Source: Myxococcota bacterium
GTDB taxonomy: Bacteria; Myxococcota_A; Bradymonadia; UBA7976; UBA1532
Length of the DNA: 64,000 nt
NCBI GenBank assembly: GCA_036337435.1
Contig: JAYZEG010000058.1
Span: 32,001 to 96,000, forward strand
Direction of reading: 5' to 3'
Made by a program: the position numbers and the translations under genes. How positions within the stretch are numbered: the first letter of the stretch is position 1; each line of letters begins with the position of its first letter. Below the pieces are notes generated by a model that was given only the letters and a program-made list of their open reading frames with translations, did not search any database and was not told the DNA's origin. Below are positions 1 to 9,719 of the stretch, piece by piece.

Positions 1-385
1 ACTCGATGGTGGCTGTGAGTATGTTCGGTTCTTGAGCACCTAGATCGACTCGCCGAATTGCGATGTTCAGATTGCAGCCTAACCCCTCTTCAGGACACAT
101 TTCAGAGTTGCAGAAACCATACTCGATTCCGATTGTCTCGCCCTCTTCGCCAGGCAGACAGATATTCAGACCATCTTCGGGGAGAAGTTCTGCTAAGACC
201 GGTTCCAGATTGTCCTCCAAAAAAACCAAACCTGACTGGGTGACTCGCAGTTGTGCGGCGTTGTATATGCGATCTTTGGCTGGAAAATTACCAGGGCCCT
301 GGTCGCATCCCGAACACCCGGTCGTCTGCCCGCAGGCCGCGAGCATAGACAAAAGTAAAATGCCGCGAAGCGATGTGATGGCCAT
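1..385 (-). CDS. Exported lipoprotein, N-terminal part only (runs off the left edge); possible LBP/BPI-like fold
   Basis: Not in the ORF track. Manual translation from ATG 385 (in-frame GTG at 397) stays open to base 1: MAITSLRGILLLSMLAACGQTTGCSGCDQGPGNFPAKDRIYNAAQLRVTQSGLVFLEDNLEP...; lipobox LAAC. Confidence 0.75.
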   Translation of the reverse strand, partial: MAITSLRGILLLSMLAACGQTTGCSGCDQGPGNFPAKDRIYNAAQLRVTQSGLVFLEDNLEPVLAELLPEDGLNICLPGEEGETIGIEYGFCNSEMCPEEGLGCNLNIAIRRVDLGAQEPNILTATIE

Positions 386-692
386 TTTATAATTCACTCA
401 GACATCCCCCAAATATCCCACTTCTTCATGTCAACTGCAGGAAGCCCACGGTCGTCCACATGCAGATATTGAATCGATGTTAGACGGACAACCCCGTGCC
501 GAAAAGGAATAAATCTAGGCTCAGGAAAAAGGATACGTATTCAGTCCGATATCGATGTCTTCAAAACCAAGTATCACAGTCAAGCTACGGTCTCGTCGAC
601 AGGACGGTTCCAACCGATCCTTGCCCACAGCAGCAAGCTCGATTAGATTCAAATGGTAAATGGGAACGACTCAGTCATGTTAGTTAAGCACC

Positions 693-2879
693 GTGGTTAA
701 TCATCCCCGTCTAGGGCCATATGAACTGATAAAGCGCATCGGCTACGGTGGTATGGCAGAGATCTATCTTGCCCGGACCAGCGGCATTGGCGGCTTTGAA
801 AAGCTGTTGGCCCTTAAATTAATTCACAGCAAGTACGCCCAAGACCAAGAATTTATCGATATGCTCATCGATGAAGCAAAAATTGCTGTGCAGCTGAGTC
901 ATGTCAACGTCTGTCAAATTTTTGATTTAGGCTGTGTCGGAGACCGCTTCTTTATTGCAATGGAGTTTGTGGACGGCCAAGACCTCTACCAAATGCTTGT
1001 CGAGGGATCTGAGAAAGACACCTTAATGCCATTTGATTTGGTGGCTTTCATTGGTCGAGAGGTTGCTGCTGGACTTGAATATGCCCACACAAAGCAAGAT
1101 CAGTATGGACGGCCGTTGAATCTGATCCATCGAGATATAAGCCCCCAGAATGTTCTTGTATCCTTTGATGGCCAAGTGAAGCTTGTTGATTTCGGCATCG
1201 CCAAGGCAAGCCAGAGACGGCAGGAAACAGAAAGCGGCGTGATTAAGGGTAAATTCTATTACATGTCTCCAGAACAAGCCTGGGGCGATCCGTTAGACCC
1301 GAGAAGCGATGTCTTCAGTTGCGGAATATGTCTCTATGAGATGCTCTGCGGGCAAATGCTCTACAATGAAGACGATCCTCTCGCCCTCCTCGACAAAGTT
1401 CGCAGAGCGGAGATTCCACCGATAAGTGAGACCAGGTCGGGTGTGCCCGCTGAACTGGAAAGGATTATCCTAAAAGCGTTGGCTCGAGATCGGGACCAAC
1501 GCTACGCCGATGCTGGCCAATTAAAATCGGACCTGTCTTCATTTTTGTATGGTCGATGGCCCGACTTTCAACGGCATCGATTGGGCGAGTATGCACAGTC
1601 GCTGGCTGGAACCAAGGGCTTTGTCATGGAATTGCCCTCCGATGAACCACCGACGACACGAACCGATTTAGATGATGAAGATACGATTATGAGGCTCGAT
1701 GAGTATGATCATACTCAAGGTCAGAGCGTCATTTTCGCCCTCGGAGATATCCCGAAAGTACTCGACACCAGTGACGACGGAGTGGAGCAAATCCCACCGC
1801 ATAAACGTTCGTCACCCACGCTCAATGAGGTCGCGCCTGACACAGACTATACATCGGACTCTGGATTCGACAATTGGACCGAGCTCGGTGAAAAGACCGA
1901 GTTGCTTGATGTGTCTCTTTTCGAGACCAGCACCGACCTGCCTGCAACCGGCGAAATCGAGGCTGCTGACGATGAACGAGAAGACACAAAGCTATTCTCA
2001 GCTGTATCAGGCCCCCTTGTGGACCCATTGGTCCCGTCAAAAATTGAGCCTTTACCAGACTCAAACACCACGATCGATACATCTGAGTTCATTGAACCCA
2101 AAGTCAGCAATTCAAAGCCGCTTGGAACCACGGGTTCAACTCATGAGTCGATCACCAAAACCAACTCAAATACCCACCCGGATCGCGTCAGACCAAGCCA
2201 ACCTTCGACCGTTGCAAATTTAGAACCGAAGGCTGCGAGAGGCCGGGGATCAAATTCACTTCCGGACTTGCGGTTCAACAAACAGCTGAAGCGACATTCC
2301 AAGTTGTCCTCATGGATGCGAAAACTGCTTTCTCCGAAGGGCATTTCAGTCGTCTTCATTTTGGTCTTGCTGGGATATGGGCTCTATCGGTTTCTGCCTG
2401 GGATCGGATATTCCAGTTCGACTCATGCAACCTTGAAGATCAACTCCTTCCCGGATGGTGCCCGAGTTTATCTCGATGGCGTAGACCGTCAACTTCGAAC
2501 AGAAACAACCGTATCTGACCTACAGGCGGGACGACGCTATGAACTGCGGTTAGAACTGCCTGGATATGTTCCTCATATCGAAAACATCGACATGGACGGA
2601 ACCATTGGGTCCGATGGTAAAATATTGATCACAAAGCAGGTTTTCATGACCAAATCACTAGGCCGTCTATCTGTTTTTTCTGATCCACCCGGTGCAGAAA
2701 TCTATATTAATGGCGTGCTAAAAGGAGAGACACCAAAGATCTTTAGAAGGCTAGATAGAGAAAAAGACCGCGTTTATGTCGTCCTCAAAAAAGACGGGTT
2801 TTCTGACGCAAAGAGTGTAAACCACTGGGGCGATGAAACAGAGCTCAAACTCAATCTGAAATTACATCCAAAGCGTTAA
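693..2879 (+). CDS. Membrane Ser/Thr protein kinase (Hanks type) with two C-terminal PEGA domains
   Basis: IGYGGMAEIY, ALK, HRDISPQN, DFG, YMSPEQ, SDVFS motifs; acidic linker; one TM segment (GISVVFILVLLGYGLY); PEGA motifs INSFPDGARVYLDG and FSDPPGAEIYING. Confidence 0.95.
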   Translation: MVNHPRLGPYELIKRIGYGGMAEIYLARTSGIGGFEKLLALKLIHSKYAQDQEFIDMLIDEAKIAVQLSHVNVCQIFDLGCVGDRFFIAMEFVDGQDLYQMLVEGSEKDTLMPFDLVAFIGREVAAGLEYAHTKQDQYGRPLNLIHRDISPQNVLVSFDGQVKLVDFGIAKASQRRQETESGVIKGKFYYMSPEQAWGDPLDPRSDVFSCGICLYEMLCGQMLYNEDDPLALLDKVRRAEIPPISETRSGVPAELERIILKALARDRDQRYADAGQLKSDLSSFLYGRWPDFQRHRLGEYAQSLAGTKGFVMELPSDEPPTTRTDLDDEDTIMRLDEYDHTQGQSVIFALGDIPKVLDTSDDGVEQIPPHKRSSPTLNEVAPDTDYTSDSGFDNWTELGEKTELLDVSLFETSTDLPATGEIEAADDEREDTKLFSAVSGPLVDPLVPSKIEPLPDSNTTIDTSEFIEPKVSNSKPLGTTGSTHESITKTNSNTHPDRVRPSQPSTVANLEPKAARGRGSNSLPDLRFNKQLKRHSKLSSWMRKLLSPKGISVVFILVLLGYGLYRFLPGIGYSSSTHATLKINSFPDGARVYLDGVDRQLRTETTVSDLQAGRRYELRLELPGYVPHIENIDMDGTIGSDGKILITKQVFMTKSLGRLSVFSDPPGAEIYINGVLKGETPKIFRRLDREKDRVYVVLKKDGFSDAKSVNHWGDETELKLNLKLHPKR

Positions 2880-2900
2880 GGTTGCACCAAATAGCCGACC

Positions 2901-4097
2901 TCATTGGGAACGCCAATACCCACAGAGAATCAACGACCAGACCATGTCGGAGTCACGGGCCGTAGTGTAACCGTAACTCTGGTCAACACCAGACAGCGTG
3001 TCCACATGGGCATTGGAACCAGAATAATCAGATTGCCGGCTTGAATAGTGACTGACCAAGCCAAGACCCCATTGATCGAGGAACCACCATCGCGCGTCGA
3101 GAAGCGCGCCGTACATGCCGACATCATGCGGCCCACTACTTATGGGTGATTGGTTGTGCAGAAAAGGGAACTCATAACGCCCAGATAACCACGATTCAAA
3201 CGCCTTCGACCGGTAGCCAATGGCAAGACCACTTGTCAGTCCAAGTGTTGAGGTCGACAATCCAAGGGGCGTTGGTCGCACCGATTTAAAACCAAATCTC
3301 AGCCAATGAGCCCCGATCAAAATGCGTAAGCCTATCGAATCGAACATGGCTTCATAATAGCCATTCAGACTGAGGTCTTGAGCATCTAATGGAATCGATA
3401 GGCTCTGGGGGCCATCACGCGTTGAGATCGTCAATGACGTCTCCGCAAAGCGTTGATCAAAGATGTCAATCCGAAGACCCCAGCTTTCAAAAATATGCCA
3501 ACCGATGCCAAAATAGGTCGCCAGCGTTTGTGGTTCAAATCTGAGTTCTCTTAGAAAAGACTGTGGGGCTGCATTACTTTGGAAACGCCGCTTAATTTGT
3601 CCCAAGCCCGAACCTAACGCCACCGTCAATCCAAGATCTGAAGTGTCTATTAATACCTCCAAATTCGGCGTATCGGTGCCTTCACCACTGCCGGTAAAAT
3701 GCTCGCCAGTCTTACGCCGCCCGGCAAGATCATATTGATAATCCCGAAGACGACGATCTCGTCCAGGGTCAACTTTGGTCCTCATCTTTTCAAGAGCTTC
3801 ATGGGATAGAATGGACACGGTTCTGACAGGAATCCAACCGCGAACTTTACCACTTACAACCTGAACCCATTCTTCCCCTCGCTTGCCACGAATGGTCACC
3901 AATTCACCCAAATAGATGCGACCTTTCGATAGATACGCTTCTGCCGCACCGGCTCGTACGTCGACAAAAGAATTAAGAACACGCGCTACGCGGTCTCGAA
4001 CCTGAGCTCGGGCTTGGACTGAATTGGCGGCATAGACGGACCATAAACATGCAAGCCAAATAAGCCACTGCACATTTTTTCGGGGGAACCAATTCAT
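2901..4097 (-). CDS. Exported protein with SH3b-like N-terminal domain and probable outer-membrane beta-barrel
   Basis: Signal peptide; VDVRAGA...EWVQV...VRGWIP resembles bacterial SH3; C-terminal half has alternating aromatic/Gly beta-strands ending CGYWRSQ. Confidence 0.65.
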   Translation of the reverse strand: MNWFPRKNVQWLIWLACLWSVYAANSVQARAQVRDRVARVLNSFVDVRAGAAEAYLSKGRIYLGELVTIRGKRGEEWVQVVSGKVRGWIPVRTVSILSHEALEKMRTKVDPGRDRRLRDYQYDLAGRRKTGEHFTGSGEGTDTPNLEVLIDTSDLGLTVALGSGLGQIKRRFQSNAAPQSFLRELRFEPQTLATYFGIGWHIFESWGLRIDIFDQRFAETSLTISTRDGPQSLSIPLDAQDLSLNGYYEAMFDSIGLRILIGAHWLRFGFKSVRPTPLGLSTSTLGLTSGLAIGYRSKAFESWLSGRYEFPFLHNQSPISSGPHDVGMYGALLDARWWFLDQWGLGLVSHYSSRQSDYSGSNAHVDTLSGVDQSYGYTTARDSDMVWSLILCGYWRSQ

Positions 4098-4102
4098 GGA
4101 AA

Positions 4103-6346
4103 TTATCGCTGGGCGGGAATCAGGTTCAGTCGACTTCTATACTGCTGCATCGATGTGCGTAGCTTGTCACGTAATTCTGGGCGTTCAGGTGCTAAATCGA
4201 CCAATTCATCTGGGTCGCGAGACACATCAAATACTCGCCAAGCACTGGCTCGCCCGTCATAGTGCAGCTTCATAGCACCGTCTAACCAAGCCCACTGCTT
4301 TCCGGAATTCTGCGTGCTTGGCGATTCAGCAAGAATCGGTTTGGACTTGGCCGCCTTCCCCAACAGACTTTGAACTAAGGTGGACCCCCTCAGGTTCATC
4401 GCAACTCGACCCGAATTAAATCGACCAATATCCGCTAAGCCCAGTAGTGTTGGCGCTAAGTCAATTAAGCTAACTCGACTTTCTACGGGGCGAGGTGGTA
4501 CGCCAGGCACCCGAATGATGAGGGGGATTCTAAGCGTCGCTTCGTCCAATCGAGCAGGTTTTTCATCGACGAAGTCCTCTCCACGAGTCCCGGCGATGAT
4601 CAACACGATACTGTCGTTCCAATCTTGTCGCTGCCTCAATTTCTTAAAGAACCATTCCAACCAATTGTCTACATATCGCAATTCGTGATCATAGCGATCG
4701 ACCTGGGATGCCCCGAACGTTGTGACACCGAGGTGCTGAAGATAATTTGGTTGTGGGTCAACGATATGAAGCCAGAGGAAATAGGGCTTTGTCGGATCGG
4801 GCTCAAGGCGACCCAAGTGTTCAAAAGCCGACGTCACGACGCGCTGGGCTGTGGGTACAAATGGCTGCCGGCCTTGGCTAATTTTATAGGGCTGCCAATG
4901 AGAAAACCCCTGCTCAAAGCCCGTCTTATTAGAAAAGTATGAATCACTCGGAAAGGCCGCCGTGTGGTACCCTTGTCTCAAGAGTGTCTCTGCAAGAAAC
5001 ACATTCGTGTCCAAATAGGTTGTTGTTTCTTTGAAATCTCGGTGGAGTTCTGATGGGAATCGGCCAGCCATGAGGGATGCGATGGAGGCCGGCATCAGAC
5101 TGGAGACGCCGTAGGCATTCTTGAATACAACCGACTCGGATGCCATGTCATCGATGGCCGGAGTGGTCTCACGACCGTATCCGTAGAAACCGAGATGGTC
5201 CATTCTCAGGCCATCGACGGTGACCAAGACAAAGCTGTAAGGCGGGGAAAAACCAAGCTCCCTAACCGTCTTAGTGTCGTTTCTCCTCGATTTTTTCGCG
5301 TCCGAGGTCGCCAGGATCCCATCGCAATCTTCATCAATTTGGTTGCCGGCGATATCAACTGCACCAGGATGAATGTCAGGGTCTGTATCATCACAATCGC
5401 CGCCACTCAAAATGGCTGCGTAGCCATCACCGTCTTCATCGAATGGCAATCTAATGAGTGCCATCATGACTTGATTCAGGCCCACGTCTTTGCTGAGAGC
5501 AGCTCGGGCATTGGGAGAACGCAATCCCAAGACCAGAGCAAAACCAGCCATAAAAAGAAAAAGAGCTGCGAGCTGTAATCTCTTCGCTGACGGCAACCGG
5601 ATTGACTTGGTCGAGAGCCACTCGCCGAGAAGATACAAGAAAACAAATGAAACGATAAAGACCGTCACGGCCTGCCAAGGTAAGTCGAGGGAGGCTGTTT
5701 TTTCATCTGCCACTGTCGAGTAGAGCAAGAAGACAATAAGGGCGGTCGATAACACCATATTAAGAATCGGGTTGACTAGAAAAGTGAGATTTGGCCGTCG
5801 TCGAATTAAATGCTCGAATGAGCGACCGAAGCTCGCCTGCAACGGAGCGGCAACCACCAGAACGGATGCAACAACAAACAGACCGAAGATGGCAGCTCCT
5901 ACAGAGGCGAACTCTGGGGACTGAATTCGGCCCAGAATGAGACCGTAGCCCCGAGCTAAAAATGACGCTCCAGCCAAGACCACCAGGGCAACGACCCAAA
6001 TGGTGGCGGCGATTCGACTCCGACCCTGTAGAGAGTCTGCGTCAGATTGAACAAAACTCGCTTTCACCGCTCTAAACAAGCTCATTGGGCCGAGGTGCGA
6101 CGGGATACTCGGGTGAATTAAACCGATAAACAAACCCACGAGACCCAGAGCCACTGCATGCATTCCAATCGACCCTGCGACATAGAACGCAATTTCGGAT
6201 GCGGGCAGAGATGAGATACCGAAGATCAGACCCACCATGCAGCCAATCACAACGCCTGATAGGAAAAATCCGAATATTGACTCGGTTAAATTAGTCATAA
6301 CCGTGGCGCAGACCTCTAGCTCATGGGGCTCATTTGAAAGGGTCAA
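4103..6346 (-). CDS. Multi-TM sulfatase/LTA-synthase-like protein (alkaline phosphatase superfamily) with one Cys/Asp metal-binding repeat; catalytic motifs degenerate
   Basis: About 7 N-terminal TM segments; DEDGDGY..GGDCDDTDPDIHPGAVDIAGNQIDEDCDG repeat; VTVDGLRMDH, YDHELRYVD, RIPLIIR, LIDLAPTLL, FDVSRDPDE. Start may be ATG 6298. Confidence 0.85.
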   Translation of the reverse strand: MTLSNEPHELEVCATVMTNLTESIFGFFLSGVVIGCMVGLIFGISSLPASEIAFYVAGSIGMHAVALGLVGLFIGLIHPSIPSHLGPMSLFRAVKASFVQSDADSLQGRSRIAATIWVVALVVLAGASFLARGYGLILGRIQSPEFASVGAAIFGLFVVASVLVVAAPLQASFGRSFEHLIRRRPNLTFLVNPILNMVLSTALIVFLLYSTVADEKTASLDLPWQAVTVFIVSFVFLYLLGEWLSTKSIRLPSAKRLQLAALFLFMAGFALVLGLRSPNARAALSKDVGLNQVMMALIRLPFDEDGDGYAAILSGGDCDDTDPDIHPGAVDIAGNQIDEDCDGILATSDAKKSRRNDTKTVRELGFSPPYSFVLVTVDGLRMDHLGFYGYGRETTPAIDDMASESVVFKNAYGVSSLMPASIASLMAGRFPSELHRDFKETTTYLDTNVFLAETLLRQGYHTAAFPSDSYFSNKTGFEQGFSHWQPYKISQGRQPFVPTAQRVVTSAFEHLGRLEPDPTKPYFLWLHIVDPQPNYLQHLGVTTFGASQVDRYDHELRYVDNWLEWFFKKLRQRQDWNDSIVLIIAGTRGEDFVDEKPARLDEATLRIPLIIRVPGVPPRPVESRVSLIDLAPTLLGLADIGRFNSGRVAMNLRGSTLVQSLLGKAAKSKPILAESPSTQNSGKQWAWLDGAMKLHYDGRASAWRVFDVSRDPDELVDLAPERPELRDKLRTSMQQYRSRLNLIPAQR

Positions 6347-6497
6347 ACGAGACCCCTATTCCGTCAAGTTTGTGGCCCTGGGTCAATGATTAATCGTGGT
6401 TAGAACCTATATCGCACTGTAAATTGTGTCCGATTGGCAGCATACTCGGGCCCGTAAACTATTCGATGCGGCAGTCAATCAAGGAATCGTCTAAGCT

Positions 6498-7064
6498 ATG
6501 ATGTCTATCCCCAAAAAATTATCGAGTCCGCCGAAAAAGCACTTTGTTTTATCATTTTCGCTCTTCAGCCTCTGCATCATCTTTGCTGGGGCTGAGTTGG
6601 CTCATTCTAGAAAACCCTCGGATGTCTTTAGCCAGCGAATCATTTTATCAACAAGCCCATTTCCGAGTTCATTCAAGAGCGATAAGGCCTTCATCAGATA
6701 TATGAAGCGTGCTCATACGAAGCGGATCGTCTATCCAGACAGTAATCGCCAGACGCTGAGATTTATGGCGTTTTTCTCACGCCCGGTCAGAACAATCGAA
6801 TTCACTGCACTGGTCTATGACCTGACGGACAGAAACCGGCTTGTAGCCACCATTCCCGTGTCTCCAACTCAAAGAGAAACACAAATTCTTGCGAGCTCCT
6901 TTGATATCGAAATGTCCGACTTTCCAGAAGAGCATCAGTATAAGATTATGGTGGCTGTCGGCAGCACAGCACTTGCACAGACGACATTTACAATCAAAGA
7001 GTCACGGAAAAATAAGGCCGCCCGTCGTGCCCGAGAAAAAGGACTTCGCAAAGGCCAAAAATAG
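6498..7064 (+). CDS. Hypothetical exported protein
   Basis: 188-aa ORF with signal-peptide-like N-terminus and beta-rich core; fills the space between neighbours. Confidence 0.7.
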   Translation: MMSIPKKLSSPPKKHFVLSFSLFSLCIIFAGAELAHSRKPSDVFSQRIILSTSPFPSSFKSDKAFIRYMKRAHTKRIVYPDSNRQTLRFMAFFSRPVRTIEFTALVYDLTDRNRLVATIPVSPTQRETQILASSFDIEMSDFPEEHQYKIMVAVGSTALAQTTFTIKESRKNKAARRAREKGLRKGQK

Positions 7065-7073
7065 GCCCAAAAA

Positions 7074-7793
7074 TCAAATATTCTTATCGATAGGATGCTG
7101 GGTACGCTTGGTTGCCTTTCGGGGCAAAGGCGGATTTTTCTTTGGTGAGTAGCGGCCCACGAGAAATGCGAGACGGTCTAGGTAGCGGTCGACATCCGTG
7201 GATATCTTTGGCGATTGATAGGTCAGTCTTAAGAGACCGTCTTTTTTCGCAGGTCTCAAGCGGTCCACCATAACTGGACCCCCTTCGCTGCCGAATACGA
7301 TTCGATTATCGATGAGTTTGCCTATCTTGCCCGCATGGTCTCGAATTGGATTGCCGTATTTGGCGAGCAGGCGACTTATTATTTTTTGCTCTTTTTTCTG
7401 ATCTTTTTTTGGGTAAATCAGACGCACGATGACCTGATAGAGCTGCCCATCGAAAAAGCCATATTCCACACGACCTTGGAGCCCATTTATCGAAATCCAT
7501 TTCTCGTAACGTTCAATTCTTGGGAGCGCAGGAAAGCCCGGAAATGATTTCCGAACGGCCTTCTTGACCTTACTTCGCGCGCGTTTGAGGGCCGCTATGC
7601 GCTTATACTCAGCAATTGACTCAGGTGCGTCTTTAAACAGCTTTAGTCCGCTGGTTTGCTTGTAGACAGTCGACAGGCTCGTCCCCCAACTGAAGGCGCC
7701 ATATCCACCACCCGTCATGCCCCTGATGGGCAAAGATTCGGCCAAGACGCTCAGCGGTAAACATAAGCACAGCGATAAAAAAAGAAACCTCAT
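7074..7793 (-). CDS. Hypothetical exported basic protein
   Basis: Signal peptide MRFLFLSLCLCLPLSVLA; GYGAFSWGTS and YGFFDGQLY motifs typical of small periplasmic alpha/beta domains; GGGG upstream of ATG. Confidence 0.75.
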   Translation of the reverse strand: MRFLFLSLCLCLPLSVLAESLPIRGMTGGGYGAFSWGTSLSTVYKQTSGLKLFKDAPESIAEYKRIAALKRARSKVKKAVRKSFPGFPALPRIERYEKWISINGLQGRVEYGFFDGQLYQVIVRLIYPKKDQKKEQKIISRLLAKYGNPIRDHAGKIGKLIDNRIVFGSEGGPVMVDRLRPAKKDGLLRLTYQSPKISTDVDRYLDRLAFLVGRYSPKKNPPLPRKATKRTQHPIDKNI

Positions 7794-7898
7794 AGCACCA
7801 TTGTCCCCTTTTTTCCGTTTAGGTCCAACTTGTCCTGTATTGGCCGGCTAACACGAGCAAACTTGAAACCAATTCAACCAAGAGTTAACGTGCCGCCT

Positions 7899-8096
7899 AT
7901 GTTTAGGATACTTGGATTTTTCGTTTTTGTTGTTGGCTTGTTCGGAGCCGGTTTCTACTCTGGTGTGAAATACTACGAGCATCAGATTGTACAGAATCCG
8001 AGTGAATTCGTCCGTTTGTACAAGAGCGAGTTTACAAAAACTGCAAAAGAGAAGATCAATGAACTCAAGAAAAAGCTCCTCGAAGAAACACAATAG
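7899..8096 (+). CDS. Small single-TM membrane protein
   Basis: MFRILGFFVFVVGLFGAGFYSG TM helix plus charged helix; overlaps the start of the next gene. Start moved from 7830 to ATG 7899. Confidence 0.6.
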   Translation: MFRILGFFVFVVGLFGAGFYSGVKYYEHQIVQNPSEFVRLYKSEFTKTAKEKINELKKKLLEETQ

Positions 8097-9705
8097 ACTC
8101 GCCTTTGTCGCCACACTGTTCTTGTTTTTCATCGCGTGCGAAGCGAAGGAAGCTGAATCAACGAGTACATCTGGCGATGCCGCTGTAGGTGCGGATAGTG
8201 AACCAAACCCATACCTGGATCTTGACCAAGATGGGTACCCTCCTATCAACGGCGACTGTGATGACAATAATTCCGAAATCGGACCAGACGCCGATGAAAT
8301 CTGTGGCGATGGCATTGATCAAGACTGCGATGGTTCCGACCTGGCCTGTGAGGACGCCGACCAGGACCGGGATGGGTACACACCCGCCGAAGGCGATTGC
8401 GACGATCAGGACTCCCAACGTCGACCTGGCCGATTAGAAACATGTGATGATGGAATCGATCAGGACTGTGATGGAGTCGATCTATCCTGTGATGAAATTG
8501 ATAATGATGGAGACGGTCTCTCGGCCGCAAACGGAGATTGCGACGATGAAAACCCGAGAATACGACCCGGATTTAGAGACCATTGCGGAGATGGGATAGA
8601 CCAGGACTGCGATGGCGAGGATAGCGTCTGCCAAACGGGACAGGACAATGACAGTGATGGTATCGTTGATGACGAGGACAACTGCCCAAACGTATCCAAT
8701 GAGCTGCAGTCTGATGGCGACGATGATGGCGTCGGGGATCTCTGCGATAATTGTTTAATGACACCGAATCCGGATCAGAGTGATCGGGATGAGGATACCG
8801 TGGGCGATGCGTGCGATGATGATGTGGATCGAGATGGTGATGGGTTCAGTGCATCTGCTGGTGATTGTGCCCCCGACGATGATTCGATTTTTCCAGGTGC
8901 GAACGAACTCTGTAACGACGTTGACGATGATTGTAATGGCTTTGTCGATGACGGTTGTCCTGGAATCGATATTCGCTCTGAAACAGTCAGAATCGAAGCC
9001 GGGCCCTCGCTTCTCGGGAGCGAAAACGCCGACCCGGACCTCTGTTTGAGAGATCCTCGGTCCGATGAAAATTGTGATGAGGTTCCTATGCGTAACGTGG
9101 AGCTGAGTGCCTTTTCCATCGATGCCCATGAGGTGACCAATGCACAGTACGCACGCTGTGTAGCAGTCGGTCGATGTTCACCGCCAAATGACCGGTCCCG
9201 TTTTGATGATCCAGCTTTTGCGAACCATCCCGTGGTTTGGGTGACTCAATCACAAGCAGTTGGCTACTGCACTTGGGCCGTAGGCCGTCTACCCACGGAG
9301 GCAGAATGGGAACGGGCCGCTCGAGGGACGAATCCGTTGAATAGCAGGCCTTATCCCTGGGGCGACGACGTCGGAGATTGCCGAGCCAATATTGCCAATT
9401 GTGAACCATCGACAACGATGGTGATGTCGTATCCGCAAGATCAAACCGATATGGGTGTTTTTGACCTCATTGGTAATGTGCACGAATACACGGACGGCTG
9501 GTATGATCCGCTCTACTACCGCCGCGCACCGGCGCAAGATCCACCAGGGACGGCGCAAGCTGGCAACATGAGCTTGCTCGCTATCCGAGGCGGTTCTTTT
9601 TCAGAGTCCGAGTCCTGGAGCACGATGACATATCGAGGATTTCGCCATCTGGTCAATCACAGGTCGGGGCGAGGCAACTTAGGGTTTCGCTGCGTTCAAG
9701 ATTAG
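8059..9705 (+). CDS. Lipoprotein with Cys/Asp metal-binding (MopE-like) and thrombospondin type-3-like repeats plus C-terminal FGE-sulfatase (SUMF1/EgtB/PvdO) fold domain
   Basis: Lipobox FIAC; four DxDxDG..DCDD..CGDGIDQDCDG-type repeats; DNCPNVSNELQSDGDDDGVGDLCD; HEVTNAQY, RLPTEAEWERAARG, DLIGNVHEY, IRGGS, LGFRC. Start probably ATG 8059. Confidence 0.9.
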   Translation: MNSRKSSSKKHNRLAFVATLFLFFIACEAKEAESTSTSGDAAVGADSEPNPYLDLDQDGYPPINGDCDDNNSEIGPDADEICGDGIDQDCDGSDLACEDADQDRDGYTPAEGDCDDQDSQRRPGRLETCDDGIDQDCDGVDLSCDEIDNDGDGLSAANGDCDDENPRIRPGFRDHCGDGIDQDCDGEDSVCQTGQDNDSDGIVDDEDNCPNVSNELQSDGDDDGVGDLCDNCLMTPNPDQSDRDEDTVGDACDDDVDRDGDGFSASAGDCAPDDDSIFPGANELCNDVDDDCNGFVDDGCPGIDIRSETVRIEAGPSLLGSENADPDLCLRDPRSDENCDEVPMRNVELSAFSIDAHEVTNAQYARCVAVGRCSPPNDRSRFDDPAFANHPVVWVTQSQAVGYCTWAVGRLPTEAEWERAARGTNPLNSRPYPWGDDVGDCRANIANCEPSTTMVMSYPQDQTDMGVFDLIGNVHEYTDGWYDPLYYRRAPAQDPPGTAQAGNMSLLAIRGGSFSESESWSTMTYRGFRHLVNHRSGRGNLGFRCVQD

Positions 9706-9719
9706 GTCGACCCACTGCA

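Noticed and set aside
496..687. 63-aa ORF upstream of the first kinase
   Set aside because: GTG start without a convincing RBS, no recognisable features, and it lies in a divergent promoter region.
9580..9705. Diversity-generating retroelement targeting the FGE/CLec-fold C-termini (also 35982-36140)
   Set aside because: No reverse transcriptase and no near-identical template repeat seen in the window; a remote DGR cannot be excluded.
4103..9705. Sulfatase plus its formylglycine-generating maturase
   Set aside because: The sulfatase lacks CxPxR/SxPxR and the FGE-fold protein lacks the catalytic Cys pair.
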